Of a stretch of DNA of 64,000 bases, positions 1 through 10,181 are shown piece after piece. Positions within the stretch are counted from its first letter, which is position 1. The number at the start of each line of letters is the position of its first letter. This DNA is from Pelagomonas calceolata. Its lineage: Eukaryota. Position numbers and translations under genes: made by a program. Below the pieces are notes generated by a model, which had not been told where the DNA came from, did no database searches, and saw nothing but the letters and a program-made list of their open reading frames with translations. Location: contig CAKKNE010000002.1 of the NCBI GenBank assembly GCA_918797485.1, positions 2,046,001 to 2,110,000 on the forward strand, written 5' to 3'.

Positions 1-1046
1 AGGCGCCGCCGCGCGGACGTGAGGAGCGCAGCGGCGACGAGCGCCTCCGAGACGACCGTGGCCGCGGCCGCGCCGGCGACACCGCGGCCCAGGCCGCACA
101 CCAGTAGGATGTCGAGGCCGAGATTCAGAGCGCCCCCAGCGAGCAGTGCCAGGAGCGGAGTTATGGCATCCTTCGAGGCGAGGCAGAAGGCGACCGACAC
201 CTTGCAGAGGAGCGCGAACGGCGCGCCGACGGCCCTCACGCGCGCGTAGGCGAACGCCGGCGCCACTATCGCGGCCGACTGCCGCGCGGTGTATCTCGCG
301 AGCAGCTGCCTGCCGAAAACGAGCTGGGCGGACGCGGACGCGACGCCGCAGACGACCGCCAGGCGCACGGCGCTTGCGAACAGAGAAGCGACATCCTTAT
401 CTTCGGCGAGCGCCGTCGCGATCAGGTTCGTCGTGGCCACCGAGAGGAAGCTGAAAAGATACGCAGCGTTGTCGCCGATCAAGGTACCGGGGCCCAGCGC
501 TGCCAATTCGAGCGCCGTCGGGCTGCTGCGGCCGACCACGGCCGTGTCCACCAGCGTCAGCATGGGTGAAATGAGCCACGCGCCGAGCGTCGGGGCGGCG
601 AACTTTGCCAGCGTCCGGGCGGACGGCAGGTCGCCGCGGGACTCGACGGCGATCCGGAGGCGCGGCTTCCGCGGCGAGACCTTGCGACCGTCGCGCGTCG
701 TCCGCAGCGTCACGCGCACGCGAGATTCGTCGCTCTTAAACGTGGTGCGCAGATGCCATTCGTCCTTCGTCTGTCGGTCGTCGTCATCAAAGACGCAGGC
801 GTCGTCGGACGCGACGAGCCGCCCCGCGTCCACGATTGATGTGGACCGCTCGACCGGCGTGACGAAGGTCCGCTCGAGGACGTCCCCGTCCAGGCGCTCG
901 CGCGACGTGAGCTCGTAACCGGCGGGCGCCGTGCCGCCCTCTACGTCGAACTCGCGCTGCCAGCCGGCCCAGGTGCCACCAACGAGCGTCCGGCCCGGCG
1001 GCGCGAGCGCGCGCGCGCACGCACACGCGAGAAAAAGCCTCATCAT
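1..1046 (-). CDS. MATE/DinF-family transporter, probably plastid-targeted; 3' end lies outside the window
   Basis: Manual translation from ATG 1046/1043: MMRLFLACACARALAPPG (signal-peptide-like) ... LAKFAAPTLGAWLISPMLTLVDTAVVGRSSPTALELAALGPGTLIGDNAAYLFSFLSVATTNLIA, a typical MATE TM1-TM2 segment. Absent from the ORF track, consistent with no stop inside the window. Confidence 0.85.
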   Translation of the reverse strand, partial: MMRLFLACACARALAPPGRTLVGGTWAGWQREFDVEGGTAPAGYELTSRERLDGDVLERTFVTPVERSTSIVDAGRLVASDDACVFDDDDRQTKDEWHLRTTFKSDESRVRVTLRTTRDGRKVSPRKPRLRIAVESRGDLPSARTLAKFAAPTLGAWLISPMLTLVDTAVVGRSSPTALELAALGPGTLIGDNAAYLFSFLSVATTNLIATALAEDKDVASLFASAVRLAVVCGVASASAQLVFGRQLLARYTARQSAAIVAPAFAYARVRAVGAPFALLCKVSVAFCLASKDAITPLLALLAGGALNLGLDILLVCGLGRGVAGAAAATVVSEALVAAALLTSARRR

Positions 1047-1460
1047 CCCGACCGTCGCGGCGTCCCGCCGGCGGCCTCTTCCAGCTCCAGGTCGTTCCAG
1101 CGCTCCGGCTCCTTCTCCGTGAGGACGTCGCCCGAGTCGACCTCGCCTGTGTAGTAGTATTATGGTCAGAGGAGTATTGAGGGGTAGGAATGTGTGCGAT
1201 GTAGAGCGAGGGTCCTCGGCGATCTTGGTGATTGAAAAAGGTCGTCATCGCGACGCTCGAGAGTAGCAAATATGTTGTGTTCGTCAGCGGACCCAATTAT
1301 GATGCATGTGACGCTGGGGATAGGCACCTTCGTCGCCGAAGGTTTCGCCCGCGGGCAGCTCGACCTCGTCGTCACTCAAGCAGTCCTCGGCCCAGGCCTC
1401 GTCCACCACCTCGTGGACCTTCTTCCACTCGCAGAGCTTGCTGAAGTTGCTGTCGGACAT
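1043..1460 (-). CDS. APC13: Anaphase-promoting complex subunit 13-like (78 aa, 2 exons: 1460-1328, 1146-1043)
   Basis: The GT-AG intron 1327-1147 joins MSDSNFSKLCEWKKVHEVVDEAWAEDCLSDDEVELP...GEVDSGDVLTEKEPERWNDLELEE. This fits the APC13 pattern (D..W.ED.L..D.V.LP ... E..W.DL.L). Confidence 0.75.
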
Positions 1461-1634
1461 GGTCTTTGCTGTGCGCGGCGGCGGCGTGCAGGGGCTGTTA
1501 CACGCGGCGCGGCGGGCTAAGCGATCGCAGCGCTGCCCGTGCGATTGCTGCGGACCCCTTCGACACCTGCAAGCTCAGCGAGCGCGTCGACGCAGCGTTT
1601 TTAGCCTGCTTGCTTTGCTTGCCCGGCTTTGCGG

Positions 1635-1654
1635 CTAGTGTGTCACGGCGCTAG
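1635..1654. promoter_or_regulatory. Bipartite CTAG upstream element
   Basis: CTAGTGTGTCACGGCGCTAG between divergent APC13 and NudC. Confidence 0.6.
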
Positions 1655-1964
1655 CGCACGGCGCGTCCACAGCCAGTTTCGGGCGCTCTGTCACGACTCG
1701 AGGCGGCTGACGACGTCTGAATTCAAACTTTTGCAGCCCGCCTCTCCAGCCAAGCCTCCGTCTTCGCAAACCCCATCTCAGCTCCGTGCTCACTCGCTGT
1801 CGCAGCGATTGCAGTTGACAGCTAGCTGAGTGCTACGTCGTCGCGTGCTTGCGCTGCAGCTTTGAAATCGTCGCTTGCATCGCTGCGCAACACGCCTTGC
1901 AAGCTTTGCTGCACAGCCTATTAACAAAAACCAGCCGCCCGCGGCCGCAGAACTCGCAAAAACC

Positions 1965-2903
1965 ATGTCGAACATGCTCGAGGACGAGCGCTTCGACGGC
2001 ATGCTCTTGAATTTTGCGCAGCAGTGCCAAGGTATTGAACCATTACTCGACACGCTGTTCTCGTTCATGCGCCGAAAGACGGACTTCTTCCAGTCCGGCG
2101 ACGACGAGAAGGCGAAGAACATGGTTCTCAAGATGCTCGAGAAGCACCAGAGTTTAGCGGACAAGACGAACGCCCAGAAGAAGAAGTTGTCTGCGGACGC
2201 CGAGGCCGCGGCGCAGAAACGGAAAGCTGCCGCCAAAGCCAAAAGGGAAGCCGCGCGCGCCAAGGCCGCGTCGACGCCGCCGCCAGCGCCCGTGCAACCC
2301 GTCGTTCCCGTCAAGAAACCGGAAGATGACAAAGAAAATAAAGACGCGAATGATGATGATGATGACAAGGAGCCGCCGCCGCCGGGCAACGGTGGCATCA
2401 TGCCCTGGGGCGTCTGGACGCAACAACTGGCCGATCTCGAGTTGAAGATTCCCATGGCAAGTGGCACGAAGGCCAAGCAGTTGGTGGTAGACATCCGCAA
2501 GCAGTCGATCAAGGTAGGCTTGAAAGGCCAGCCCCCGGCGCTCGAAGGCGAACTCCACAAGAAGGTCATCGTCGACGACTGCTTCTGGACGCTGGAGGAC
2601 GCGCCCGGTGAGTTAGGCGAGAAGGAGATCGTCATAGCCCTGCAAAAAGAGGACAAGCAGATGTGGTGGAAGAACGTGATTGTCGGCGACCCCGAGATCA
2701 ACACGCAGAAGGTCCAGCCCGAAAATTCCAAACTCAGTGAATTAGATGGGGAAACGCGCATGACCGTCGAGAAGATGATGTACGACCAGCGCCAGAAGGC
2801 CATGGGCAAGCCGACGGCCGACGAGCAGGGCAAGCAGGACGTCCTCGAGAAGTTTATGAAGTCGCACCCCGAGATGGACTTCTCGAAGGCGAAGTTCTCC
2901 TAG
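1965..2903 (+). CDS. NUDC: Nuclear migration protein NudC / BOBBER-like co-chaperone
   Basis: N-terminal ERFDGMLLNFAQQ..GIEPLLDTLFSFMRRKTDFF; CS domain; C-terminal PENSKLSELDGETRMTVEKMMYDQRQK...HPEMDFSKAKF. Confidence 0.95.
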   Translation: MSNMLEDERFDGMLLNFAQQCQGIEPLLDTLFSFMRRKTDFFQSGDDEKAKNMVLKMLEKHQSLADKTNAQKKKLSADAEAAAQKRKAAAKAKREAARAKAASTPPPAPVQPVVPVKKPEDDKENKDANDDDDDKEPPPPGNGGIMPWGVWTQQLADLELKIPMASGTKAKQLVVDIRKQSIKVGLKGQPPALEGELHKKVIVDDCFWTLEDAPGELGEKEIVIALQKEDKQMWWKNVIVGDPEINTQKVQPENSKLSELDGETRMTVEKMMYDQRQKAMGKPTADEQGKQDVLEKFMKSHPEMDFSKAKFS

Positions 2904-2973
2904 GCGCTTTTTGTAGAGGGGGTAACAGACACTACTTTTACGCGGCGACGGCGTGCTCGCGGGGTAGGAGTAA

Positions 2974-4029
2974 TCACCGACTATGCGTCTGCCGGATAAT
3001 CTCCGCTACAAACTCGCAAAGCTCCTCCGGCTTGTGGAAGAAATGCGGATAACGGCTTTCTTCCACGTTCCATAAAAGCTCTTGCCACCTCGGAGGCGGC
3101 CTTGCTTCCGGGAAGAAATCCACAAAAAGAAGGCGCGAGTTGTCCGGAGTGGGTCGGAGCGCGAGCGTGGGTGACAGCAAGCAACAAGCTCCGCACTCAC
3201 CAAAACCACTCATGGAATTGCAGCTAGAGTTGGTGAAAAATACCGCATCTCCGTCCTGCAAATATGATGGGGTGTGCGGCCAGTTTACGTCCGTAATGAG
3301 GACAGCTTCGGGGACGGTCGGCGACACGAGCGTGACGCAAAGGAAGCTTCGCAGGTCGATAACATGTAGCTCCTGGCGGACGCGATCTAGGCGATCTCCC
3401 ATGAGTTCCGCGACTGTCGCCTGCCCTTGCTCATAGGCTTCCAAATTTGCGAACGGCCCGAGGAGAACGGACGGCGGTTGCCATCGAAGAAATTCACGGT
3501 TGCCAACGACGGGGTCGCTTTCCTCATCCCAGCTAGCGACTCCCGCGAAGTCTCCGACGACAGCGATAAAGGCCAGTTCCTCGAGCGCGCCCTCGCCTGG
3601 CGCAACTACGTTCTCGATATCCTCCTCTGCGTCCTTCTTCGTACAGAAAGCTCTGTAGATCTGTCGCGCGGGCGCGCGCGGCCGGAGCCCGAGGCGCCGC
3701 TCGTGGTCGCCGAGCGAGCAGAGCGCCGGCCCCTCGCGCGGCCAGCGCGCGCATATGCAACCGCACCACAGGGATTCTTGCTGCTTGTGCCGCGCCGGCG
3801 ACCGAAGCAGTTCCAGTAACGCGCGCGACGCCGTCTCCAGCGCGAGGAGGCTGCTCGCGTCGCAGTGGCCGAGCAGGTGCAGGAGGACATCGTCCGGCAC
3901 GTCAGGGAATGCGGGCCGGCGCGTCGCGGCGTCCGGGCGATCTTTATTTAGGGTCACCGCGCACCCGCTCGCCGTCAGCAGCTTTCGCTTCAGGATCTGC
4001 TCTTGTACTGCTTTCGGCGTGCAGTACAT
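2974..4029 (-). CDS. F-box-like domain protein
   Basis: FPDVPDDVLLHLLGHCDASSLLALETASRAL...LW..ICARW resembles an F-box; 351-aa ORF. Confidence 0.6.
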   Translation of the reverse strand: MYCTPKAVQEQILKRKLLTASGCAVTLNKDRPDAATRRPAFPDVPDDVLLHLLGHCDASSLLALETASRALLELLRSPARHKQQESLWCGCICARWPREGPALCSLGDHERRLGLRPRAPARQIYRAFCTKKDAEEDIENVVAPGEGALEELAFIAVVGDFAGVASWDEESDPVVGNREFLRWQPPSVLLGPFANLEAYEQGQATVAELMGDRLDRVRQELHVIDLRSFLCVTLVSPTVPEAVLITDVNWPHTPSYLQDGDAVFFTNSSCNSMSGFGECGACCLLSPTLALRPTPDNSRLLFVDFFPEARPPPRWQELLWNVEESRYPHFFHKPEELCEFVAEIIRQTHSR

Positions 4030-4196
4030 GACGATTTATGCTCGTCCACTCCGCGGCGTCGTGAGAGGGAAATTGTAACGCGCAGCAGAGCAGCTGCTCT
4101 GGGGCGCTGCTACTGGTGATCTAGCTTTAAATATGGTGTGAAACTGCAGCTGTAAGGGCCCAAAGGCTGCTTTTTTTGGTCGTGGGAGAGCGTGAG

Positions 4197-4224
4197 CTAG
4201 CGGCCTGTACAGGTAAGACACTAG
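4197..4224. promoter_or_regulatory. Bipartite CTAG upstream element (long spacer)
   Basis: CTAGCGGCCTGTACAGGTAAGACACTAG upstream of the F-box gene. Confidence 0.6.
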
Positions 4225-4289
4225 CCGCACAAAATCAAGCGGCACCCGTAACAAAAGCCGGCGGGCGCCAAAAAGTCACAATGAACTAC

Positions 4290-5966
4290 TTAGGGCGGCG
4301 CCACGCTCCGGCGCAGGGACATCCGCAGCTTCAGGTCCGACAGCCGCGTCGACGACGGCGGCGGCGAGAGCAATGGAGGCCGCGGCGTCGCCGCCTCCGT
4401 GATGCGATCGACCGTATTTTCGCAGGCGTCGCCCGACACTTCCTGGGAATCCTCTTCGACACAAAAGAACGGATCATCTAACACTTCAAAAGCATGCGCC
4501 CGCTTCCGCGGGTCGCGTTCGAAGCACCTCAAAATCAACGCCTTCAGCGCCGGAGACAACTCATACGAATCGATCGGAGGAGGAGCATCCGTCGAAGCGA
4601 CGTGGTAGAAGAGGGCCATGGGCGTCTTGAACTCCAACAATTTCCACGGCGGGTGGGTGGTCGCCATTTGTAAGATGACTCCACCGCAGCTCCAGACGTC
4701 CGAGCGTCGTCCGAACTTGTCCTGCGATAATACCTCCGGCGCCATGAAGTAGGGCGTGCCGCGCATCGTTAATTTCGCATCTCGCGTTAGCGTGCCGTCG
4801 GCACCTAGTCGGTGCGAAGCGCCAAAGTCCGCGAGCTTGGCCACGCCGTGCTGATCAATAAGCACGTTGCCGCACTTGATGTCTCTATGTATGATGTGGT
4901 TCTCGTGCAAGTAAACGAGTCCTGACAACAAGTGGCGCGCATACATACGAACGACTTTTTCACTGAGAGCGCCATATTGTGCGGATTGAGCTGCTAGCGA
5001 GCCACCGGGCACCCACTCCTGGAAAATATAAAGTTGCAACTGCTGGTCGTCGACGTGCGTGCCTAGGTACCGCACTATGTTGGGGTGCTCCAAGCTTCTC
5101 ATAAGTTCGATCTCCGAACATAAAGCCCTTAACTCAGATTCGGCTTTGGTTGGTCCTCTAGAAGGCGCGCCCTCGGGCGCGACGGACGCCGTCGGGATGG
5201 CCATCATCTTGCAGGCTATATGCTTGCCCGTGACAGAATCTAAACACGTATAGACGGAGCCGAACGATCCTTGCCCAATACACTTCCCGAGCTTCCACTG
5301 GCCGTTCAGGATGTGCTTCGCCGTTCTTCTCCGGACGCCGGCGGCCTGGCTCAGCCTTTGTTTTTGTTCCATCGAGAGGCGTTGTGGCCGTTTCTCCGAC
5401 TCCGGAGGTAGAGGCGTCGGCGTCGGCAAGTTACTCGGTGGCGGCGGCGGTCGGATGACCGGCGTCTGGGCCACGGCCGGCGTCGGCAACGGCGACGGTA
5501 TGACCAACTGCGATGGAGCATCAAGAGACATCTTCGCGACGCTCGCCAAATTAACACCACCTCCGTCGCCTTCGTCGTCGGACTCGAAGGCGTCGTCCTC
5601 GTAGTTGTCGGACGGCGGCGCCGGCACCTTCGTGGACGCGAGGTCGACGCGCAGCATTTCTAGAGAAGCTCGGACAGAATCAACAAAGGTCCTATCATCA
5701 GTGCGCTTGCGCTTGTGCCGCTGCCTCGCTTGTTGCGCGGCTGAAAGCACCGCTCTTAGGAGAGCGATCGCGCCGCGACTGACGCCCCAGCCCTCGAGGA
5801 TCGAGGTGTCTCCTAGGAGCGCGTCGACCGAGCCCCCCTGCAGAAAGTACATGCGCAGCCTCCTTAGTAAGCGAGGCACCTCGTCGTGGGGCGCGCCGGC
5901 GTCCGATAATAATCTGGATAGCTCCGCGTCGTCGACGCCTAATACGGAGAGGGTGGTGGTGTCCAT
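4290..5966 (-). CDS. MAP kinase kinase kinase (STE11/NPK1-like)
   Basis: WKLGKCIGQGSFGSVY, EIELMRSLEHPNIVRYLG, IFQEWVPGGSL, HRDIKCGNVL, KLADFGAS, MRGTPYFMAPEV. Start taken at MDTTT. Confidence 0.9.
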   Translation of the reverse strand: MDTTTLSVLGVDDAELSRLLSDAGAPHDEVPRLLRRLRMYFLQGGSVDALLGDTSILEGWGVSRGAIALLRAVLSAAQQARQRHKRKRTDDRTFVDSVRASLEMLRVDLASTKVPAPPSDNYEDDAFESDDEGDGGGVNLASVAKMSLDAPSQLVIPSPLPTPAVAQTPVIRPPPPPSNLPTPTPLPPESEKRPQRLSMEQKQRLSQAAGVRRRTAKHILNGQWKLGKCIGQGSFGSVYTCLDSVTGKHIACKMMAIPTASVAPEGAPSRGPTKAESELRALCSEIELMRSLEHPNIVRYLGTHVDDQQLQLYIFQEWVPGGSLAAQSAQYGALSEKVVRMYARHLLSGLVYLHENHIIHRDIKCGNVLIDQHGVAKLADFGASHRLGADGTLTRDAKLTMRGTPYFMAPEVLSQDKFGRRSDVWSCGGVILQMATTHPPWKLLEFKTPMALFYHVASTDAPPPIDSYELSPALKALILRCFERDPRKRAHAFEVLDDPFFCVEEDSQEVSGDACENTVDRITEAATPRPPLLSPPPSSTRLSDLKLRMSLRRSVAPP

Positions 5967-6431
5967 CGTGCGAGGCCCGAGCGACGCCCCAACGCGGACG
6001 GCTGGCGGAAGCGGGCAGCCCCCTTTCAATATGTCGTGTGCGGGCCTACGTGCGGCTCTTGGGCGTCATCGTGGGAGACCAGAGCAGGCCACACTGTTTA
6101 TGGTACCGGTCTGTGCTATCGTAGAGGCACTAGCCTGCGTGCTGTATGGTTCATGCTCGCCGAAGAGCCCCGGTGCTTGCTTGCACTCCGTATTGGACGA
6201 CCAAGGAGTCGTGCTCAAACGGGCTAGAGGGGCTATAGGCTAGCAAAGCTGAGGGGTAATTTTGTGCGCAGAGCAGCAAGCCTGTACGCATGGTGGAACT
6301 GAGTTGAACGGTACGAATACTTCGCGCGAGTAGTGCTGTTGTTGTGCGTGCGTTGCACAAGCGCAAGCCGGGACTGCTGAAACCACTCTGCTGCAGCACC
6401 CAGCCAAAAACCTGCGTCGCGCATTGACAGC

Positions 6432-9400
6432 ATGTCGACCTTCGAGACGCCGGTCCGGCCCGACGTCCAAGTGCCAAGAGGTGACATCCTAGCCGCGTTA
6501 CGGGCACCGCCGCCATCCGCCGTCCGAGCGGCGACGCCACCACATAGACCAACAAAAGCGCAGGAGTTAGAAATAGAACAGGAGCGCCAGGCCCAGGCTT
6601 TAAGGGAGTTAGATGCGTTACGTTTAGTGTTCAGAGGCGCGCACCATCGACGGGGCGCCTTCGACGAGGAGGAGGCGCAACCCGAAGAAGAAGCCGGCTG
6701 GGCCGACCTGAGCGTCGAGCCGACGTGGCGGTTGCGCGAGCGCATGAAGACCGTATCTGTTGCTTTGGTATTATGCTTAAATATAGGGACGGACCCTCCC
6801 GATGCGGTCGCGGCCTCGCCGAGAGCGAGACGGGAGTGCTGGCTCGAACCGTTTGCCGGACCTTCTAGGCAGAAAGCTCTCGAAACAATCGGCGCAGCTC
6901 TACAAGCGCAGTACGAACGGTGGCAGAGTCGCGCGAGATATAGGCAGTTGTTGGATCCGACGGCGGATGAGTTAAGGAGGCTGTGTGCGGCATTACGAAG
7001 ATCAGCCCGATCGGACCGGGTCCTCGTCCACCTGAACGGCCACGGCGTCCCCCGACCGACGGCGAACGGCGAGGTCTGGGTCTTCAACAAGAACTACACG
7101 CAGTACATACCTCTCTCGGTGTATGAACTACGAGCGGTCGTGCAGGCGCCCGCGGTTTTTGTCCTCGACTGCTCGGGAGCTGGGATTTTACTACCACACT
7201 TCCGAGCGGCCATGCCCCGCCCGAACGACGACGACGAAAAACCGCAAACACCGTTAAAGGACGATTGCATCGTGCTGGCGCCGTGTGCCGCGGACGAGAC
7301 GTTACCTTCTGATCCTAGATTGCCGGCTGATCTATTTACGGCTTGCTTGACCACACCCATATCGGTAGCTTTGAGGGATTTTGTGAGGAGGCACCCCGAC
7401 TCCGCCCGAGGGAGGTTAGACGAAGAAACGGTGGAGGCGGGCGTGCCCGGGCGACTAGGCGACCGAAAGACACCGCTCGGGGAGTTGAACTGGATCTTCA
7501 CGGCCGTCACGGACACGATCGCGTGGAACGTGTTACCCGCTCGGTTGTTCCAGCGCTTGTTCCGCGAAGATTTGTTGTTGGCTTCATTGTTCCGGAACTT
7601 CCTGTTGGCGGAACGAGTCTTCAGACGCCATGGGCGGACACCGGCCACAATCCCAGCCTTACCGCCGACGGCCGACCATCCTTTGTGGGCGGCCTGGGAT
7701 TTGGCCGCGGAGGGCTGTCTCGCGAGATTGGCGTCGGCTCAAAACGCTTCACCAGTAAAACAGCCTTCCGAAACGCCGGAGAAGGCGCCCGAGCCGTCCC
7801 CCAAAGAAACTGAAGACCAGCCGCGCGTCCATCACAGATCACTGAGAGTTTTGGCTCGCGTGCCACCAGCACCACCGGAGCCCACAGAACCGTCGCCCTT
7901 CTTCGAGGAACAATTGACCGCGTTTGAAGTTTGGTTGAGGTTTGGCGCTGGAGCTGTCGCGAAGCCGGAGCAACTGCCCGTGGTATTACAAGTACTACTA
8001 TCACAAGCGCACCGTGTGAGAGCACTAGTTTTGTTGAGAAGATTTCTGGAATTGGGTCCGCGCGCCGTGGACGTGGCGTTATGTGTCGGTATCTTTCCTT
8101 ATGTACTTAAGCTGCTACAGTCGCCGGCGCCGGAGTTGCGACGGCCCTTGGTGGCGATCTGGGCGGCTATCTTGGCTTTTGATGGAAGTTGTAGAAGCGA
8201 CCTAGCTAGAGACGGCGCGAGGGAAGCGTTTGTAGCTCATTTAACTTATCTAAGCAGGGAAGACGATTCAGGAGAAAATACGGAACAGAAAAGATTAGCT
8301 TGTTTTATCTTAGCGACGGTCTGTCGGGGAGAACCGTCGGCGAGAGACGCTTGTTTAACTAAGAGATTGGACGCCGTACTCTTAGATCTGCTCCGGAACG
8401 ACGAAGGAACGCTGACGACGTCGCATCTGAGGCGGTGGCTGTTACTATGCAGCGGCGCTCTGGTCGACGGCGCGGCTCCCGAAGCGACGCAGGACGCGCG
8501 CGGTCCTTTGAAAGAGGAAGTTATACGACTGGCTTTGGCTGACGCGGATCCGTGCTGCCGCGCCTGCGCGTTAGATACTGTTGGGAGCATGCTCTGCGTC
8601 GACGAGGACGTGACGGAATGTGCTTCTATACTAAAAACAGCATGCCGGGACGGCTCGGCGTTCGTTAGAAGGGAGGCTGCTTTATTGATTCATGCATTAT
8701 CAAAGAAGGGTCATCAAACGGCATTGAAAGCATTAACTGAAGAGGGCCAAGGCGAAAGCAAGGGCGACGACTGCTACGAATCTATATTTCGAATTTTACA
8801 GCTTCTTTGTAAAGATCCCTTCGCACCGACCGCAGAAACAGCTCGTAGTGTATTGGACGCCATCACGCAGGACACCCCTATGACAAGGGAGGGCGCGCGG
8901 CAGTGGGCGTCGAAACGCTTCGGTCTGAGTCTTAGAAGTACCAGTGTAGCGGCGGCCTTCTCGCAATCATCTACGAGCTTGGAAGAGCTCTTAGAAATGG
9001 ACCCCCTATCTTCTGATGGGGAGATGCGGTTATACAGAAGACATCGTAATAGATATTGTCTGCGAGAAGCCTCAGCATCCAGAAGAAGGGCCAAGGAGGC
9101 CCTCGCGGCGCGGGAACAGGAGAAGCGCGGCGCGCCGTCGACGCAAGTTCTAAGATTTGCGCAGACGAAGACGTTCGAGAACGTCGGCGCCGAGATGACT
9201 TCTGTGATGCGGTTCCATCCCTTCGAGAGCGTGTTGGCCGTCGTTGATGAACGTTCAGGTGTCTCGCTGTGGGATTTCAACGACGGGGCGGCCGTGGCGC
9301 GCTGGAACAATGGGGACTTGCGAACTACCAGTATAGAGTGGGTGAATGCGCACGCTTCGTCATTGCTCTTAGCGGGTGACGTCGATGGTGTGGTGCGCGT

Positions 9401-10133
9401 CTGGGGCGGTCTTGGTCTAGAACAGGGTCCTTACGAGGAGCGATCTGTTAGGGTTGTGTCTGCATTCAGAGCTATTGATGTTGTTTCGTTCCAGAAGAGT
9501 GCTGGCTTGGTTTGTAGCTGGTCCGCACGAGAGGCGCATTTGTACTGTGCTGGTGATGCCAATTCTCTCGTGAGCTGGGATTTGGAGCGGGAATGTAGCG
9601 TAAGGGCCATGGCTACCGACACGGACGCCTGTGCGACGGTGGTCACGACGCTACCCTTGCAGCCGCATCGCGTCACTTTGGGCTTTGCCGACGGCCAACT
9701 CAAGGTCTTTGACCTGCGAGATCGCGCGACGCGGCCCTGCCAGAGCTATGCTCATGAGCACTCGTCCTGGATCGTCCACGCGGACGCGCATAAACATTCA
9801 CCTTCCGAATTATGTTCGGGGTGTGTTGCTGGTGATTTGAAATTTTGGGACGCGCGCATTGCCGGTGTTTCTAACAGAACGCTCGACGTGCAAAATTCAG
9901 CGATGACCGCGTTGTCGGCGCACGCCGAGGCGCCGTTACTCGCGTCGGGCTCGCACAACCAGTTCGTGAAGTTCATGCTGCGGGACGGCGACCAGTTGAA
10001 TATTGTGCGGTACCACGACGGGGTGTTCGGGCAGCGCATCGGCCCCGTCGCGTCCTTGGCGTTCCACCCGACGAAATTAGTGGCCGCGGCGGGGTCGACG
10101 GACGCCGTCGTGGGGATCTATGCCGCTTCCTAA
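6432..10133 (+). CDS. RAPTOR: Regulatory-associated protein of TOR (RAPTOR/KOG1)
   Basis: RNC domain (WRLRERMKTVSVALVLCLNIG.DPPD, GHGVPRPTANGEVWVFNKNYTQYIPLS, TPLGELNWIFTAVTDTIAW), HEAT region (PEQLPVVLQVLLSQAHRVRAL), C-terminal WD40. Confidence 0.98.
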   Translation: MSTFETPVRPDVQVPRGDILAALRAPPPSAVRAATPPHRPTKAQELEIEQERQAQALRELDALRLVFRGAHHRRGAFDEEEAQPEEEAGWADLSVEPTWRLRERMKTVSVALVLCLNIGTDPPDAVAASPRARRECWLEPFAGPSRQKALETIGAALQAQYERWQSRARYRQLLDPTADELRRLCAALRRSARSDRVLVHLNGHGVPRPTANGEVWVFNKNYTQYIPLSVYELRAVVQAPAVFVLDCSGAGILLPHFRAAMPRPNDDDEKPQTPLKDDCIVLAPCAADETLPSDPRLPADLFTACLTTPISVALRDFVRRHPDSARGRLDEETVEAGVPGRLGDRKTPLGELNWIFTAVTDTIAWNVLPARLFQRLFREDLLLASLFRNFLLAERVFRRHGRTPATIPALPPTADHPLWAAWDLAAEGCLARLASAQNASPVKQPSETPEKAPEPSPKETEDQPRVHHRSLRVLARVPPAPPEPTEPSPFFEEQLTAFEVWLRFGAGAVAKPEQLPVVLQVLLSQAHRVRALVLLRRFLELGPRAVDVALCVGIFPYVLKLLQSPAPELRRPLVAIWAAILAFDGSCRSDLARDGAREAFVAHLTYLSREDDSGENTEQKRLACFILATVCRGEPSARDACLTKRLDAVLLDLLRNDEGTLTTSHLRRWLLLCSGALVDGAAPEATQDARGPLKEEVIRLALADADPCCRACALDTVGSMLCVDEDVTECASILKTACRDGSAFVRREAALLIHALSKKGHQTALKALTEEGQGESKGDDCYESIFRILQLLCKDPFAPTAETARSVLDAITQDTPMTREGARQWASKRFGLSLRSTSVAAAFSQSSTSLEELLEMDPLSSDGEMRLYRRHRNRYCLREASASRRRAKEALAAREQEKRGAPSTQVLRFAQTKTFENVGAEMTSVMRFHPFESVLAVVDERSGVSLWDFNDGAAVARWNNGDLRTTSIEWVNAHASSLLLAGDVDGVVRVWGGLGLEQGPYEERSVRVVSAFRAIDVVSFQKSAGLVCSWSAREAHLYCAGDANSLVSWDLERECSVRAMATDTDACATVVTTLPLQPHRVTLGFADGQLKVFDLRDRATRPCQSYAHEHSSWIVHADAHKHSPSELCSGCVAGDLKFWDARIAGVSNRTLDVQNSAMTALSAHAEAPLLASGSHNQFVKFMLRDGDQLNIVRYHDGVFGQRIGPVASLAFHPTKLVAAAGSTDAVVGIYAAS

Positions 10134-10181
10134 TAATTGGTTTGTATCTTATACACAGTGGTCCGTCCACAGAAGAACGGA

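Noticed and set aside
1147..1327. Possible C/D snoRNA in the APC13 intron (GCGATGA...CTGA on the minus strand)
   Set aside because: The C box is imperfect, there is no terminal stem, and I recognise no rRNA-complementary guide. A snoscan/Rfam run would be needed.
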